From assembly GCA_964016885.1 (NCBI GenBank), contig OZ024746.1:51212001-51276000 (forward strand): a stretch of DNA of 64,000 nucleotides, read 5' to 3'. Both the position numbers and the translations under genes were made by a program. The notes beneath the pieces are model-generated. The model searched no databases, was not told the origin of the DNA, and was given only the letters and a program-made list of their open reading frames with translations. This document shows, piece after piece, positions 29,356 through 44,396 of this stretch (its first letter is position 1; the number at the start of each line of letters is the position of its first letter). The DNA comes from Eledone cirrhosa. Taxonomy: Eukaryota.

Positions 29356-32300
29356 GTGGATCAACGAGACTGCCACTGTCGCTATCTACTGTCTCGCAAA
29401 ACCACAGCCAAGGTAACGGGCTTGGGTGGATAAACGAGATTGCCCCTGTCCCTATCTACTGTCTAGCGAAACTACAGCAAAGGGAACGGGCTTGGACTGA
29501 TCAACGAGATTCCCACTGTCCCTATCTACTGTCTAGCGAAACCATAGACAAGGGAACCGGCTTGGACGGATCAACCAGATTACCACTGTCCCTGTCTACT
29601 GTCTAGCGAAACCACAGCCAATGGAACGAGCATGGACGGATCAACGAGATTGCCACTGTCGCTATCTACTGTCTCGCGAAACCACAGCCAAGGTAACGGG
29701 CTTGGGTGGATCAACGAGATTGCCACTGTCCCTACCTACTGTCTAACGAAACCACAGCCAAGGGAACGAGCTTGGACGAATCAACGAGATTGCGATTGTC
29801 CCTATCTGCTGTCTAGCGAAAAAACAGCCAAGGAACGAGCTCTGACGGATCAACGAGTTTGCCAATGTCCCTATCTACTGTCTAGTGAAACCACAACCAA
29901 GTGAACGAGCTTGGATGGATCAACCAGATTTCCACTGTCCCTATCTACTGTCTAGCGAAACCACAGTCAAGGGAACGAACTTGGACGGATCAACGAGATT
30001 GCCACTGTCGTTATCTACTGTCTCGCGAAACCACAGCCAAGGTAACGGGCTTGGGTGGATCAACGAGATTGCCACTGTCCCTATCTACTGTCTAGCGAAA
30101 CCACAGCCAAGGGAATGAGCTTGGACGGATCAACGAGAATGCGATTGGCCCTATCTGCTGTCTAGCGAAAAAACAGACAAGGGAACGAGCTTGGACGGAT
30201 CAACGAGTTTGCCACTGTCCCTATCTACTGTCTAGCGAAACCACAGCCAAGGGAACCGGCTTGGATGGATCAACCAGATTTCCACTGTCCCTATCTACTG
30301 TCTAGCGAAACCACAACCAAGGGAACGAGCTTATGTGTATCAATGAGATTGCCACTGTCCTTATCTACTGTCTACCGAAACCACAGCCAAGGGAACAGGC
30401 CTGGGTGGATCAACGAGACTGCCACTCTCCCTATCTTCTGTCTAGCGAAACCACAGCCAAGAGAACGGGTTTGGGCGGATCAACGAGATTGCCGCTATCC
30501 CTATCTACTGTCTAGCGAAACCACAGCCAAGGGAACGGGTTTGGACGGTTCAACGAGATTGCCACTGTCCCTATCTACGGTCTAGCGAAACCACAGCCAA
30601 GGGAACGAGCTTGGAGGGACCAACGAGTTTGGCACTTTCCCTATCTACTGTCTAGTGAAACCACAGCCAAGGGAAAGGGCTTGGGTGGATCAACGAGATT
30701 GCCACTGTCACTATCTACAATCTAGCGAAACCACAGCCAAAGGAACGGACTTGGGTGGATCAACGAGATTGCCACTGTCCTTATCTACTGTCTAGCTAAA
30801 CCACAGCCAAGAGAACGAGCTTGGGCGGATCAACGAACTTGCCACTTTCCCTATCTACTGTCTAGCCAAACCACAGACGAGGGAACGGGCTTGGGTGGAT
30901 CAACGAGATTGCCACTGTCCCTATCTACTGTCTAGCGAAACCACAGCCAAGGGAACCGGCTTGGACGGATCAACCAGATTACCACTGTCCCTATCTACTG
31001 TCTAGCGAAACCACAGCCAAGGGAACGAGCTTGGACGGATCAACGAGATTGCCACTGTCGCTATCTACTGTCTCGCGAAACCACAGCCAAGGTAACGGGC
31101 TTGGGTGGATCAACGAGATTGCCACTGTCCCTATCTACTGTCTAAAGAAACCACAGCCAAGGGAACGAGCTTGGACGGATCAACGAGATTGCGATTGTCT
31201 CTATCTGCTGTGTAGCTAAAAAACAGCCAAGGAATGAGCTTTGACGGATCAACGAGTTTGCCAATGTCCCTATCTACTGTCTAGCGAAACCACAGCCAAG
31301 GGAACGAGATTGGACGGATCAAAGAGATTGCCACTGTCCCTATCTACTGTCTAGCGAAACCACAGCCAAGGGAACGAGCTTGGACGGATCAACGAGATTG
31401 CCACTGTTCCTCTCTAGTGTCTAGCGAAACCACAGCCAAGGGAACGAGCTTGGACGGATCAACGAGATTCCCACTGTCCCTATCTACTGTTTAGCGAAAC
31501 CACAGCCAAGGAAACCGGCTTGTACGGATCAACGAGTTTCTCACTATCCCTATCTACTGTCTAGCGAAACCACAGCCAAGGGAACGAGCTTGGACGGATC
31601 ATCGAGATTGCCACTGTAGCTCTCTACTGTCTATCGAAAAAACAGCCAAGGGAACGGGCTTATGTGAATCAATGAGATTGCCACTGTCCTTATATACTGT
31701 CTACCGAAACCGCAGCCAAGGGAACGGGCTTGGGTGGATCATCGAGATTGCCACTGTCCCTATCTTCTGTCTAGCGAAACCACAGCCAAGGGAACGAGCT
31801 TGGACGGACCAACGAGTTTGCCACTGTCCCTATCTACTGTCTAGCGAAACTACAGCCAATGGAACGAGCATGGACGGATCAACGAGATTGCCACTGTCGC
31901 TATCTACTGTCTCGCGAAACCACAGCCAAGGTAACGGGCTTGGGTGGATCAACGAGATTGCCACTGTCCCTATCTACACTCTAGCGAAACCACAGCCAAG
32001 GGAACGAACTTGGGTGGATCAACGAGATTGCCACTGTCCTTATCTACTGTCTAGCTAAACCACAGCCAAGAGAACGAGCTTGGGCGGATCAACGAACTTG
32101 CCACTTTCCCTATCTACTGTCTAGCCAAACCACAGACGAGGGAACGGGCTTGGGTAGATCAACGAGATTGCCACTGTCCCTATCTACCGTCTAGCGAAAC
32201 CACAGCCAAGGGAACCGGCTTGGACGGATCAACAAGATTACCACTGTCCCTATCTACTGTCTAGCGAAACCACAGCCAAGGGAACGAGCTTGTACGGATC

Positions 32301-34079
32301 AACGAGATTACCACTGTCGCTATCTACTGTCTCGCGAAACCACAGCCAAGGTAACGGGCTTGGGTGGATCAACGAGATTGCCACTGTCCCTATCTACTGT
32401 CTAGCGAAACCACAGCCAAGGGAACGAGCTTGTACGGATCAACGAGATTACCACTGTCCCTACCTACTGTCTAGCAAAACCACAGCCAAGGGAACGGACT
32501 TGGGTGGATCAACGAGATTGCCACTGTCCCTATCTACTGTCTAGCTAAACCACAGCCAAGGGAACGGGCTTGGGTGGATCAACGAGATTGCCACTTTCAC
32601 TATCTGCTGTCTAGCGAAACCTTACCAAGGTAACGGGCCTGGATGGATCAACGAGATTGACACTGTCGCTATCTACTGTCTAGAGAAACCACAGCCAAGG
32701 GAACGGGCTTGGACCGATCAACGAGATTCCCACTGTCCCTATCTACTGTCTAGCGAAACCTCAGCCAAGGGAACCGGCTCGGACGGATCAACCAGATTAC
32801 CACTGTCCCTATGTACTGTCTAGCGAAACCAAAGCCAAGGGAACGAGCTTGGACGGATCAACGAGATTGCCACTGTCGCTATCTACTGTCTCGCGAAACC
32901 ACAGCCATGGTAACGGGCTTGTGTGTATCAACGAAATTACCACTTTCCCTATCTACTGTCTAGCCAAACCACAGACGAGGGAAGGGGCTTGGGTGGATCA
33001 ACGAGATTGCCACTGTCGCTATCTACTGTCTCGCGAAACCACAGCCAAGGTAACGGGCTTGGGTGGATCAACGAGATTGCCACTGTCCCTATCTACTGTC
33101 TAGCGAAACCACAGTCAAGGGAACGAGCTTGGACGGATCAACGAGATTGCCACTGTCCATATCTACTGTCTAGCGAAACCACAGCCAAGGGAACGAGCTT
33201 GGACGGATCAACGAGATTCCCACTGTCCCTATCTACTGTTTAGCTAAACCACAGCCAAGGAAACCGGCTTGTACGGATCAACGAGTTTCTCACTGTCCCT
33301 ATCTGCTGTCTAGCGAAACCACAGCCAAGGGAACGAGCTTGGACGGATCATCGAGATTGCCACTGTCGCTATCTACTGTCTATCGAAAAAACAGCCAAGG
33401 GAACGGGCTTATGTCTATCAATGAGATTGCCACTGTCCTTATATACTGTCTACCGAAACCGCAGCCAAGGGAACGGGCTTGGGTGGATCATCGAGATTGC
33501 CACTGTCCCTATCTTCTGTCTAGCGAAACCACAGCCAAGAGAACGGGTTTGGGCGGATCAACGAGACTGCCACTTTCCCTATCTACTGTCTAGCGAAACT
33601 ACAGCCAAGGGAACGGGCTTGGACGGTTCAACGAGATTGCCACTGTCCCTATCTACGGTCTAGCAAAGCAACAGACAAGGGAACGAGCTTGGACGGATCA
33701 ACGAGATTGAGATTGTCCCTATCTGCTGTCTAGCGAAACCACAGCCAAGGGAACGAGCTTGGACGGACCAACGAGTTTGCCACTGTCCCTATCTGCTGTC
33801 TAGTGAAACCAGAGCCAAGAGAACGGGCTTGGGTGGATCAACGAGATTGCCACTTTCCCTACCTACTGTCTAGAGAAACCAAAGCCAAGGGAACAGGCTT
33901 GGGTGGATCAACGAGTTTTCCACTGACCCTATCTACTGTCTAGCGAAACCACAGCCAAGGGAACGGACTTGGGTGGATCAACGAGTTTGCCACTGTCCCT
34001 ATCTACTGTCTAGTCAAACCACAGACGAGGGAACGGGCCTTGGGTGGATCAACGAGATTGCCACTGTCCCTATCTACTG

Positions 34080-34113
<34 letters not shown>

Positions 34114-35965
34114 GTGGATCAACGAGACTGCCACTGTCGCTATCTACTGTCTCGCAAAACCACAGCCAAGGTAACGGGCTTGGGTGGATAAACGAGATTG
34201 CCCCTGTCCCTATCTACTGTCTAGCGAAACTACAGCAAAGGGAACGGGCTTGGACTGATCAACGAGATTCCCACTGTCCCTATCTACTGTCTAGCGAAAC
34301 CACAGACAAGGGAACCGGCTTGGACGGATCAACCAGATTACCACTGTCCCTATCTACTGTCTAGCGAAACCACAGCCAATGGAACGAGCATGGACGGATC
34401 AACGAGATTGCCACTGTCGCTATCTACTGTCTCGCGAAACCACAGCCAAGGTAACGGGCTTGGGTGGATCAACGAGATTGCCACTGTCCCTACCTACTGT
34501 CTAACGAAACCACAGCCAAGGGAACGAGCTTGGACGAATCAACGAGATTGCGATTGTCCCTATCTGCTGTCTAGCGAAAAAACAGCCAAGGAACGAGCTC
34601 TGACGGATCAACGAGTTTGCCAATGTCCCTATCTACTGTCTAGTGAAACCACAACCAAGTGAACGAGCTTGGATGGATCAACCAGATTTCCACTGTCCCT
34701 ATCTACTGTCTAGCGAAACCACAGTCAAGGGAACGAACTTGGACGGATCAACGAGATTGCCACTGTCGTTATCTACTGTCTCGCGAAACCACAGCCAAGG
34801 TAACGGGCTTGGGTGGATCAACGAGATTGCCACTGTCCCTATCTACTGTCTAGCGAAACCACAGCCAAGGGAATGAGCTTGGACGGATCAACGAGAATGC
34901 GATTGGCCCTATCTGCTGTCTAGCGAAAAAACAGACAAGGGAACGAGCTTGGACGGATCAACGAGTTTGCCACTGTCCCTATCTACTGTCTAGCGAAACC
35001 ACAGCCAAGGGAACCGGCTTGGATGGATCAACCAGATTTCCACTGTCCCTATCTACTGTCTAGCGAAACCACAACCAAGGGAACGAGCTTATGTGTATCA
35101 ATGAGATTGCCACTGTCCTTATCTACTGTCTACCGAAACCACAGCCAAGGGAACAGGCCTGGGTGGATCAACGAGACTGCCACTCTCCCTATCTTCTGTC
35201 TAGCGAAACCACAGCCAAGAGAACGGGTTTGGGCGGATCAACGAGATTGCCGCTATCCCTATCTACTGTCTAGCGAAACCACAGCCAAGGGAACGGGTTT
35301 GGACGGTTCAACGAGATTGCCACTGTCCCTATCTACGGTCTAGCGAAACCACAGCCAAGGGAAAGGGCTTGGGTGGATCAACGAGATTGCCACTGTCACT
35401 ATCTACAATCTAGCGAAACCACAGCCAAGGGAACGGACTTGGGTGGATCAACGAGATTGCCACTGTCCTTATCTACTGTCTAGCTAAACCACAGCCAAGA
35501 GAACGAGCTTGGGCGGATCAACGAACTTGCCACTTTCCCTATCTACTGTCTAGCCAAACCACAGACGAGGGAACGGGCTTGGGTGGATCAACGAGATTGC
35601 CACTGTCCCTATCTACTGTCTAGCGAAACCACAGCCAAGGGAACCGGCTTGGACGGTTCAACCAGATTACCACTGTCCCTATCTACTGTCTAGCGAAACC
35701 ACAGCCAAGGGAACGAGCTTGGACGGATCAACGAGATTGCCACTGTCGCTATCTACTGTCTCGCGAAACCACAGCCAAGGTAACGGGCTTGGGTGGATCA
35801 ACGAGATTGCCACTGTCCCTATCTACTGTCTAAAGAAACCACAGCCAAGGGAACGAGCTTGGACGGATCAACGAGATTGCGATTGTCTCTATCTGCTGTG
35901 TAGCTAAAAAACAGCCAAGGAATGAGCTTTGACGGATCAACGAGTTTGCCAATGTCCCTATCTAC
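26430..35965 (+). repeat. ~4.9-kb tandem duplication (70 monomers); the second copy lacks 2+1 monomers
   Basis: Offsets step from 4897 (26775/31672) to 4758 (28581/33339) to 4688 (31031/35719). Confidence 0.9.
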
Positions 35966-38099
35966 TGTCTAGTGAAACCACAGCCAAGTCAAAGGGCTTG
36001 GGTGGATCAACGAGAGTGCCACTGTCCCTACCTACTGTCTAGCAAAACCACAGCCAAGGGAACGGGCTTGGGTGGATCAACGAGATTGCCACTGTCCCTA
36101 CCTACTGTCTAGCAAAACCACAGCCAAAGAAACGGGCTTGGGTGGATCAACGAGATTGCCACTGTCCCTATCTACTGTCTAGCGAAACCACAGCCAAGGG
36201 AACGGACTTGGGTGGATCAACGAGATTGCCATTGTCCCTATCTACTGTCTAGCTAAACCACAGCCAAGAGAACGAGCTTGGACAGATCAACGAAATTGCC
36301 ACTTTCCCAATCTACTGTCTAGCCAAACCACAGAGGAGGGAACGGGCTTGGGTGGATCAACGAGATTGCCACTCTCCCCATTTTCTGTCTAGCGAAACCA
36401 CAGCCAAGAGAACGGGTTTGGGCGGATCAACGAGATTGTCACTGTCCCTATCGACGGTCTAGCAAAGCCACAGCCAAGGGAACGAGCTTGGACGGATCAA
36501 CGAGATTGCGATTGTCCCTATCTGCTGTCTAGCGAAACCACAGCCAAGAGAACGAGCTTGGACGGACCAACTAGTTTGGCACTGTCCCTATCTACTGTCT
36601 AGTGAAACCACAGCCAAGGGAACGGGCTTGGGTGGATCAACGAGATTGCCACTGTCCCTACCTACTGTCTAGCAAAACCACAGCCAAGGGAACGGACTTG
36701 CGTGGATCAACGATATTGCCACTGTCCCTATCTACTGTCTAGCGAAACCACAGCCAAGGGAACGGACTTGGGTGGATCAACGAGATTGCCACTGTCCCTA
36801 TCTACTGTCTATCTAAACCACAGCCAAGGGAACGTCCTTGGGTGGATCAACGAGATTGCCACTGTCACTATCTGCTGTCTAGCGAACACTTAGCCAAGGT
36901 AACGGGCCTGGATAGATCAACGTGATTGCCACTGTCGCTATCTACTGTGTAGAGAAACTACAGCCAAGGGAACGGGCTTGGACCGATCAACGAGATTCCC
37001 ACTGTCCCTATCTACTGTCTAGCGAAACCTCAGCCAAGGGAACCGGCTTGGACGGATCAACCAGATTACCACTGTCCCTATCTACTGTCTAGCGAAACCA
37101 CAGCCAAGGGAACGAGCTTGGACGGATCAACGAGATTGCCACTGTCGCTATCTAGTGTCTCGCGAAACCACAGCCAAGGTAACGGGCTTGGGTGGATCAA
37201 CGAGATTGCCACTGTCCCTATCTACTGTCTAGCGAAACCACAGCCAAGGGAACGAGCTTGGACGGATCAACGAGATTGCCACTGTCGCTATCTACTGTCT
37301 ATCGAAAAAACAGCCAAGGGAACGGGCTTATGTGTATCAATGAGATTGCCACTGTCCTTATCTAATGTCTACCGAAACCGCAGCCAAGGGAACGGGCTTG
37401 GGTGGATCATCGTGATTGCCACTGTCCCTATCTTCTGTCTAGCGAAACCACAGCCAAGAGAACGGGTTTGGCCGGATCAACGAGATTGCCACTTTCCCTA
37501 TCTACTGTCTAGCGAAACTACAGCCAAGGGAACCGGCTTGGACGGTTCAACGAGATTGCCACTGTCCCTATCTACGGTCAAGCAAAGCCACAGACAAGGG
37601 AACGAGCTTGGACGGATCAACGAGATTGCGATTGTCCCTATCGGCTGTCTAGCGAAACCACAGCCAAGGGAACGAGCTTGGACGGACCAACGAGTTTGCC
37701 ACTGTCCCTATCTACTGTCTAGTGAAACCAGAGCCAAGGGAACAGGCTTGGGTGGATCAACGAGATTGCCACTGTCCCTACCTACTGTCTAGCGAAACCA
37801 AAGCTAAGGGAACAGGCTTAGGTGGATCAACGAGATTGCCACTGTCCTTATCTACTGTCTAACTAAACCCCAGCCAAGAGAACGAGCTTGGGCGGATCAA
37901 CGGAATTGCCACTTTCCCTATCTACTGTCTAGCGAAACCACAGACAAGGGAACGGGCTTGGACTGATCAACGAGATTCCCACTGTCCCTATCTACTGTCT
38001 AGCGAAAACACAGCCAAGGGAACCGGCTTGGACGGATCAACCAGATTACCACTGTCGCTATCTACTGTCTCGCGAAACCACAGCCAAGGTAACGGGCTT

Positions 38100-38697
38100 G
38101 TGTGGATCAACGAGATTGCCACTGTCCCTATCTACTGTCTAGCAAAACCACAGCCAAGGGAATGAGCTTGCACGGATCAACGAGATTGTGATTGTCCCTA
38201 TCTGCTGTCTAGCGAAAAAACAGCCAAGGAAACGAGCTTGGACGGATCAACGAGTTTGCCAATGTCCCTATCTACTGTCTAGTGAGACCACAGCCAAAGG
38301 ATCGGGCTTGGGTGGATCATCGAGATTGCCACTGTCCCTATCTACTGTCTAGCGAAACGACAGCCAAGGAAACGAGCTTGGACGGATCTACGAGTTTGCG
38401 ACTGTCCCTATCTGCTGTCTAGCGAATCCATGGCCAAGGGAACGAACTTGGACGGATCAACCAGTTTGCCACTGTCCCTATCTAGTGTCTAGTGAAACCA
38501 CAGCCAAGGGAACGGGCTTGGGTAGATCAACGAGGTTGCCACTGTCCCTATCTACTGTCTACCGAAACTACAGCCAAGGGAACGGGCTTGGGTGGATCAA
38601 CGAGATTGCCACTGTCCCTATCTACTGTCTTGTGAAACCACAGCCAAGGGAACGGGCTTTGATGGATCAACGAGATTGACACTGTCCCTACCTACTC

Positions 38698-38731
<34 letters not shown>

Positions 38732-41700
38732 GTGGATCAACGAGATTGCCACTGTCCCTATCTACTATGTAGCGAAACCACAGCCAAGGGAACGGACTTG
38801 GGTGGATCAACGAGATTGCCACTGTCCCTATCTACTGTCTAGCAAAACCACAGCCAAGAGAACGAGCTTGGGCGGATCAACGAGATTGCGACTGTCCCTA
38901 TCTGCTGTCTAGCAAATCCACAGCCAAGGGAACGAACTTGGACGGATCAACGAGTTTGCGACTGTCGCTATCTACTGTCTAGCCAAACCACAGACGAGGG
39001 ATCAGGCTTGGGTGGATCAATGAGATTGCCACTGTCCCTATCTACTGTCTACCGAATCCACAGCCAAGGTAACGGGCTTGGGTGGATCAACGAGATTGCC
39101 ACTGTCCCTATCTACTGTCTAGCAAAACCACAGCCAAGGGATTGGGCTTGGACAGATCAACGAGATTGCGATTGTCCCTATCTGCTGTCTAGCGAAAAAA
39201 CAGACAAGGAAACGAGCTTGGACGGATCAACGAGTTTGCCACTGTCCCTATCTACTGTCTAGTGAGACCACAGCCAAAGGAACGGGCTTGGGTGGATCAA
39301 CGAGATTGCCACTGTCCCTATCTACTGTCTAGCGAAACGACAGCCAAGGAAACGAGCTTGGACGGATCAACGAGTTTGCGACTGTCCCTATCTGCAGTCT
39401 AGCGAATCCACAGCCAAGGGAACGAACTTGGACGGATCAACGAGTTTGCCACTGTCCCTATCTACTGTCTAGTGAAACCACAGCCAAGGGAACGGGCTTG
39501 AGTGGATCAACGAGATTGCCACTGTCCCTATCTACTGTCTAGTGAAACCACAGCCAAGGGAACGGCCTTGGTGGATCAACGAGATTGCCACTGTCCCTAT
39601 CTACTGTCTAGCGAAACCGCAGCCAAGGGAACGGACTTGGGTGGATGAACGAGATTGCCACTGTCCCTATCTACTCTCTAGCAAAACCACAGCCAAGAGA
39701 ACGAGCTTGGGTGGATCATCGAGATTGCCACTTTCCCTATCTACTCTCTAGCGAAGCCACAGCCGAGCGAACGGACTTGGGTGGAGTAACGAGATTGCCA
39801 CTGTCCCTATCTGCTGTCTAGCGAAACCACAGCCAAGGGAACGAGCTTGGACGGATCAACTAGTTTGCCAATGCCCCTATCTACTGTCTAGTGAAACCAC
39901 AGCCAAGGGAACAGGCTTGGGTGGATCAACGAGATTGCCACTGTCCCTATCTACTATGTAGCGAAACCACAGCCAAGGGAACGGACTTGGGTGGATCAAC
40001 GAGATTGCCACTGACCCTATCTGCTGTCTAGCAAATCCACAGCCAAGGGAACGAACTTGGACGGATCAACGAGTTTGCAACAGTCCCTATCTAGTGCCTA
40101 TCGAAACCACAGCCAAGGGAACGGCTTGGGCGGATCAACGAGATTGTCACTGACCCTATCTACTGTCTAGCGAAATCACAGCCAAAGGAATAGTCTTGGA
40201 TGGATCAACGAGATTGCCACTGTCCCTATCTACCGTCTAGCGAAACCACAGCCAAGGGAACGAGCTTGGACGGATCAACGAGATTGCCACTGTTGCTATC
40301 TACTGTCTCGCGAAACCACAGCCAAGGTAACGGGCTTGGGTGGGTCAACGAGATTGCCACTGTCCCTATCTACTGTCTAGCGAAATCACAGCCAAGGGAA
40401 CGAGCTTGGACGGATCAACGAGTTTCCCACTGTCCCTATCTACTGTCTAGCGAAACCACAGCCAAGGAAAGGAGTTTGGACGGATCAACGACATTGCGAT
40501 TGTCCCTATCTGCTGTCTAGCGAATCCACAGCCAAGGGAACGAGCTTGGACTGATCAAGGAGATTCCCACTGTCCCTATCTACTGTCTAGCGAAACCACA
40601 GCCAAGGGAACCGGCTTAGACCGATCAACCAGATTACCACTGTCCCTATCTACTGTCTCGCGAAACCACAGCCAAGGGAACGAGATTGGACGGATCAACG
40701 AGATTGCCACTGTCGCTATCTACTGTCTCGCGAAACCACAGCCAATGTAACGGGCTTGGGTGGATCAACGAGATTGCCACTGTCCCTATCTACTGTCTAG
40801 CAAAACCACAGCCAAGGAAACGAGCTTGGACGGATCAACGAGTTTGCGACTGTCCCTATCTGCTGTCTAGCGAATCCATGGCCAAGGAAACGAACTTGGA
40901 CGGATCAACCAGTTTGCCACTGTCCCTATCTACTGTCTAGTGAGACCACAGCCAAAGGAACGGGCTTGGGTGGATCAACGAGATTGCCACTGTCCCTATC
41001 TACCGTCTAGCGGAACGACAGCCAAGGAAACGAGCTTGGACGGATCAACGAGTTTGCGACTGTCCCTATCTGCTGTCTAGCGAATCCATGGCCAAGGGAA
41101 CGAACTTGGACGGATCAACCAGTTTGCCACTGTCCCTATCTAGTGTCTAGTGAAACCACAGCCAAAGGAACGGGCTTGGGTGGATCAACCAGATTGCCAC
41201 TGTCCCTATCTACTGTCTACCGAAACTACAGCCAAGGGAACGGGCTTGGGTGGATCAACGAGATTGTCACTGTCCCTATCTACTGTCTTGTGAAACCACA
41301 GCCATGGGAACGGGCTTTGATGGATCAACGAGATTGACACTGTCCCTACCTACTCTCTAGCAAAACCACAGCCAAGGGAACGGGCTTGGGTGGATCAACG
41401 AGATTGCCACTGTCCCTATCTACTGTGTAGCGAAACCACAGCCAAGGGAACGGACTTGGGTGGATCAACGAGATTGCCACTGTCCCTATCTACTGTCTAG
41501 CAAAACCACAGCCAAGAGAACGAGCTTGGGCGGATCAACGAGATTGCGACTGTCCCTATCTGCTGTCTAGCAAAGCCACAGCCAAGGGAACGAACTTGGA
41601 CGGATCAACGAGTTTGCAACAGTCCCTATCTAGTGCCTATCGAAACCACAGCCAAGGGAACGGCTTGGGCGGATCAACGAGATTGTCACTGACCCTATCT

Positions 41701-42124
41701 ACTGTCTAGCGAAATCACAGCCAAAGTAATAGACTTGGATGGATCAACGAGATTGCCACTGTCCCTATCTACCGTCTAGCGAAACCTCACCCAAGGGAAC
41801 GAGCTTGGACGGATCAACGAGTTTGCCAATGTCCCTATCTACTGTCTAGTGAAACCACAGCCAAGGGAACGGGCTTGGGTGGATCAACGAGATTGCCACT
41901 GTCCCTATCTACTGTCTAGCGAAACGACAGCCAATGAAACGAGCTTGGACGGATCAACGAGATTGCGACTGTCCCTATCTGCTGTCTAGCGAAACCACAG
42001 CCAAGGGAACGAGCTTGGACGGATCAACGAGTTTGCCACTGTCCCTATCTACTGTCTTGTGAAACCACAGCCATGGGAACGGGCTTTGATGGATCAACGA
42101 GATTGACACTGTCCCTACCTACTC

Positions 42125-42158
<34 letters not shown>

Positions 42159-44362
42159 GTGGATCAACGAGATTGCCACTGTCCCTATCTACTGTCTAGC
42201 GAAACCACAGCCAAGGGAACGGACTTGGGTGGATCAACGAGATTGCCCCTGTCCCTATCTACTGTCTAGCAAAACCACAGCCAAGAGAACGAGCTTGGGC
42301 GGATCAACGAGATTGCGACTGTCCCTATCTGCTGTCTAGCAAAGCCACAGCCAAGGGAACGAACTTGGACGGATCAACGAGTTTGCAACAGTCCCTATCT
42401 AGTGCCTATCGAAACCACAGCCAAGGGAACGGCTTGGGCGGATCAACGAGATTGTCACTGACCCTATCTACTGTCTAGCGAAATCACAGCCAAAGGAATA
42501 GACTTGGATGGATCAACGAGATTGCCACTGTCCCTATCTACCGTCTAGCGAAACCACACCCAAGGGAACGAGCTTGGACGGATCAACGAGATTGCCACTG
42601 TTGCTATCTACTGTCTCGCGAAACCACAGCCAAGGTAACGGGCTTGGGTGGATCAACGAGATTGCCACTGTCCCTATCTACTGTATAGCGAAATCACAGC
42701 CAAGGAAAGGTGTTTGGACAGATCAACGACATTGCGATTGTCCCTATCTGCAGTCTAGCGAAACCACAGCCAAGGGAACGAGCTTGGACGGATCAACGAG
42801 TTTGCCAATGTCCCTATCTACTGTCTAGTGAAACCACAGCCAAGGGAACGGGCTTGGGTGGATCTACGAGATTGCCACTGTCCCTATCTACTGTCTAGCG
42901 AAACGACAGCCAATGAAACGAGCTTGGACGGATCAACGAGATTGCGACTGTCCCTATCTGCTGTCTAGCGAATCCACAGCCAAGGGAACGAACTTGGACG
43001 GATCAACGAGTTTGCCACTGTCCCTATCTACTGTCTAGTGAAACCACAGCCAAGGGAACGGGCTTGGGTGGATCAACGAGATTGCCACTGTCCCTATCTA
43101 CTGTCTAGTGAAACCACAGCCAAGGGAACGGCCTAGGTGGATCAACGAGATTGCCACTGTCCCTATCTACTGTCTAGCGAAACCGCAGCCAAGGGAATAG
43201 TCTTGGATGGATCAACGAGATTGCCACTGTCCCTATCTACCGTCTAGCGAAACCACAGCCAAGGGAACGAGCTTGGACGGATCAACGAGATTGCCACTGT
43301 TGCTATCTACTGTCTCGGGAAACCACAGCCAAGTTAACGGGCTTGGGTGGATCAACGAGATTGCCACTGTCCCTATCTACTGTCTAGCGAAATCACAGCC
43401 AAGGGAACGAGCTTGGACGGATCAACGAGTTTCCCACTGTCCCTATCTACTGTCTAGCGAAACCACAGCCAAGGAAAGGAGTTTGGACGGATCAACGACA
43501 TTGCGATTGTCCCTATCTGCTGTCTAGCGAATCCACAGCCAAGGGAACGAGCTTGGACTGATCAAGGAGATTCCCACTGTCCCTATCTACTGTCTAGCGA
43601 AACCATAGCCAAGGGAACCGGCTTAGACGGATCAACCAGATTACCACTGTCCCTATCTACTGTCTCGCGAAACCACAGCCAAGGGAACGAGCTTGGACGG
43701 ATCAACGAGATTGCCACTGTCGCTATCTACTGTCTCGCGAAACCACAGCCAAGGTAACGGGCTTGGGTGGATCAACGAGATTGCCACTGTCCCTATCTAC
43801 TGTCTAGCAAAACCACAGCCAAGGAAACGAGCTTGGACGGATCAAGGAGTTTGCGACTGTCCCTATCTGCTGTCTAGCGAATCCATGGCCAAGGGAACGA
43901 ACTTGGACGGATCAACCAGTTTGCCACTGTCCCTATCTACTGTCTAGTGAGACCACAGCCAAAGGAACGGGCTTGGGTGGATCAACGAGATTGCCACTGT
44001 CCCTATCTACTCTCTAGCGAAACGACAGCCAAGGAAACGAGCTTGGACGGATCAACGAGTTTGCGACTGTCCCTATCTGCTGTCTAGCGAATCCATGGCC
44101 AAGGGAACGAACTTGGACGGATCAACCAGTTTGTCACTGTCCCTATCTAGTGTCTAGTGAAACCACAGCCAAGGGAACGGGCTTGGGTGGATCAACGAGA
44201 TTGCCACTGTCCCTATCTACTGTCTACCGAAACTACAGCCAAGGGAACGGGCTTGGGTGGATCAACGAGATTGCCACTGTCCCTATCTACTGTCTTGTGA
44301 AACCACAGCCAAGGGAACGGGCTTTGATGGATCAACGAGATTGACACTGTCCCTACCTACTC

Positions 44363-44396
<34 letters not shown>

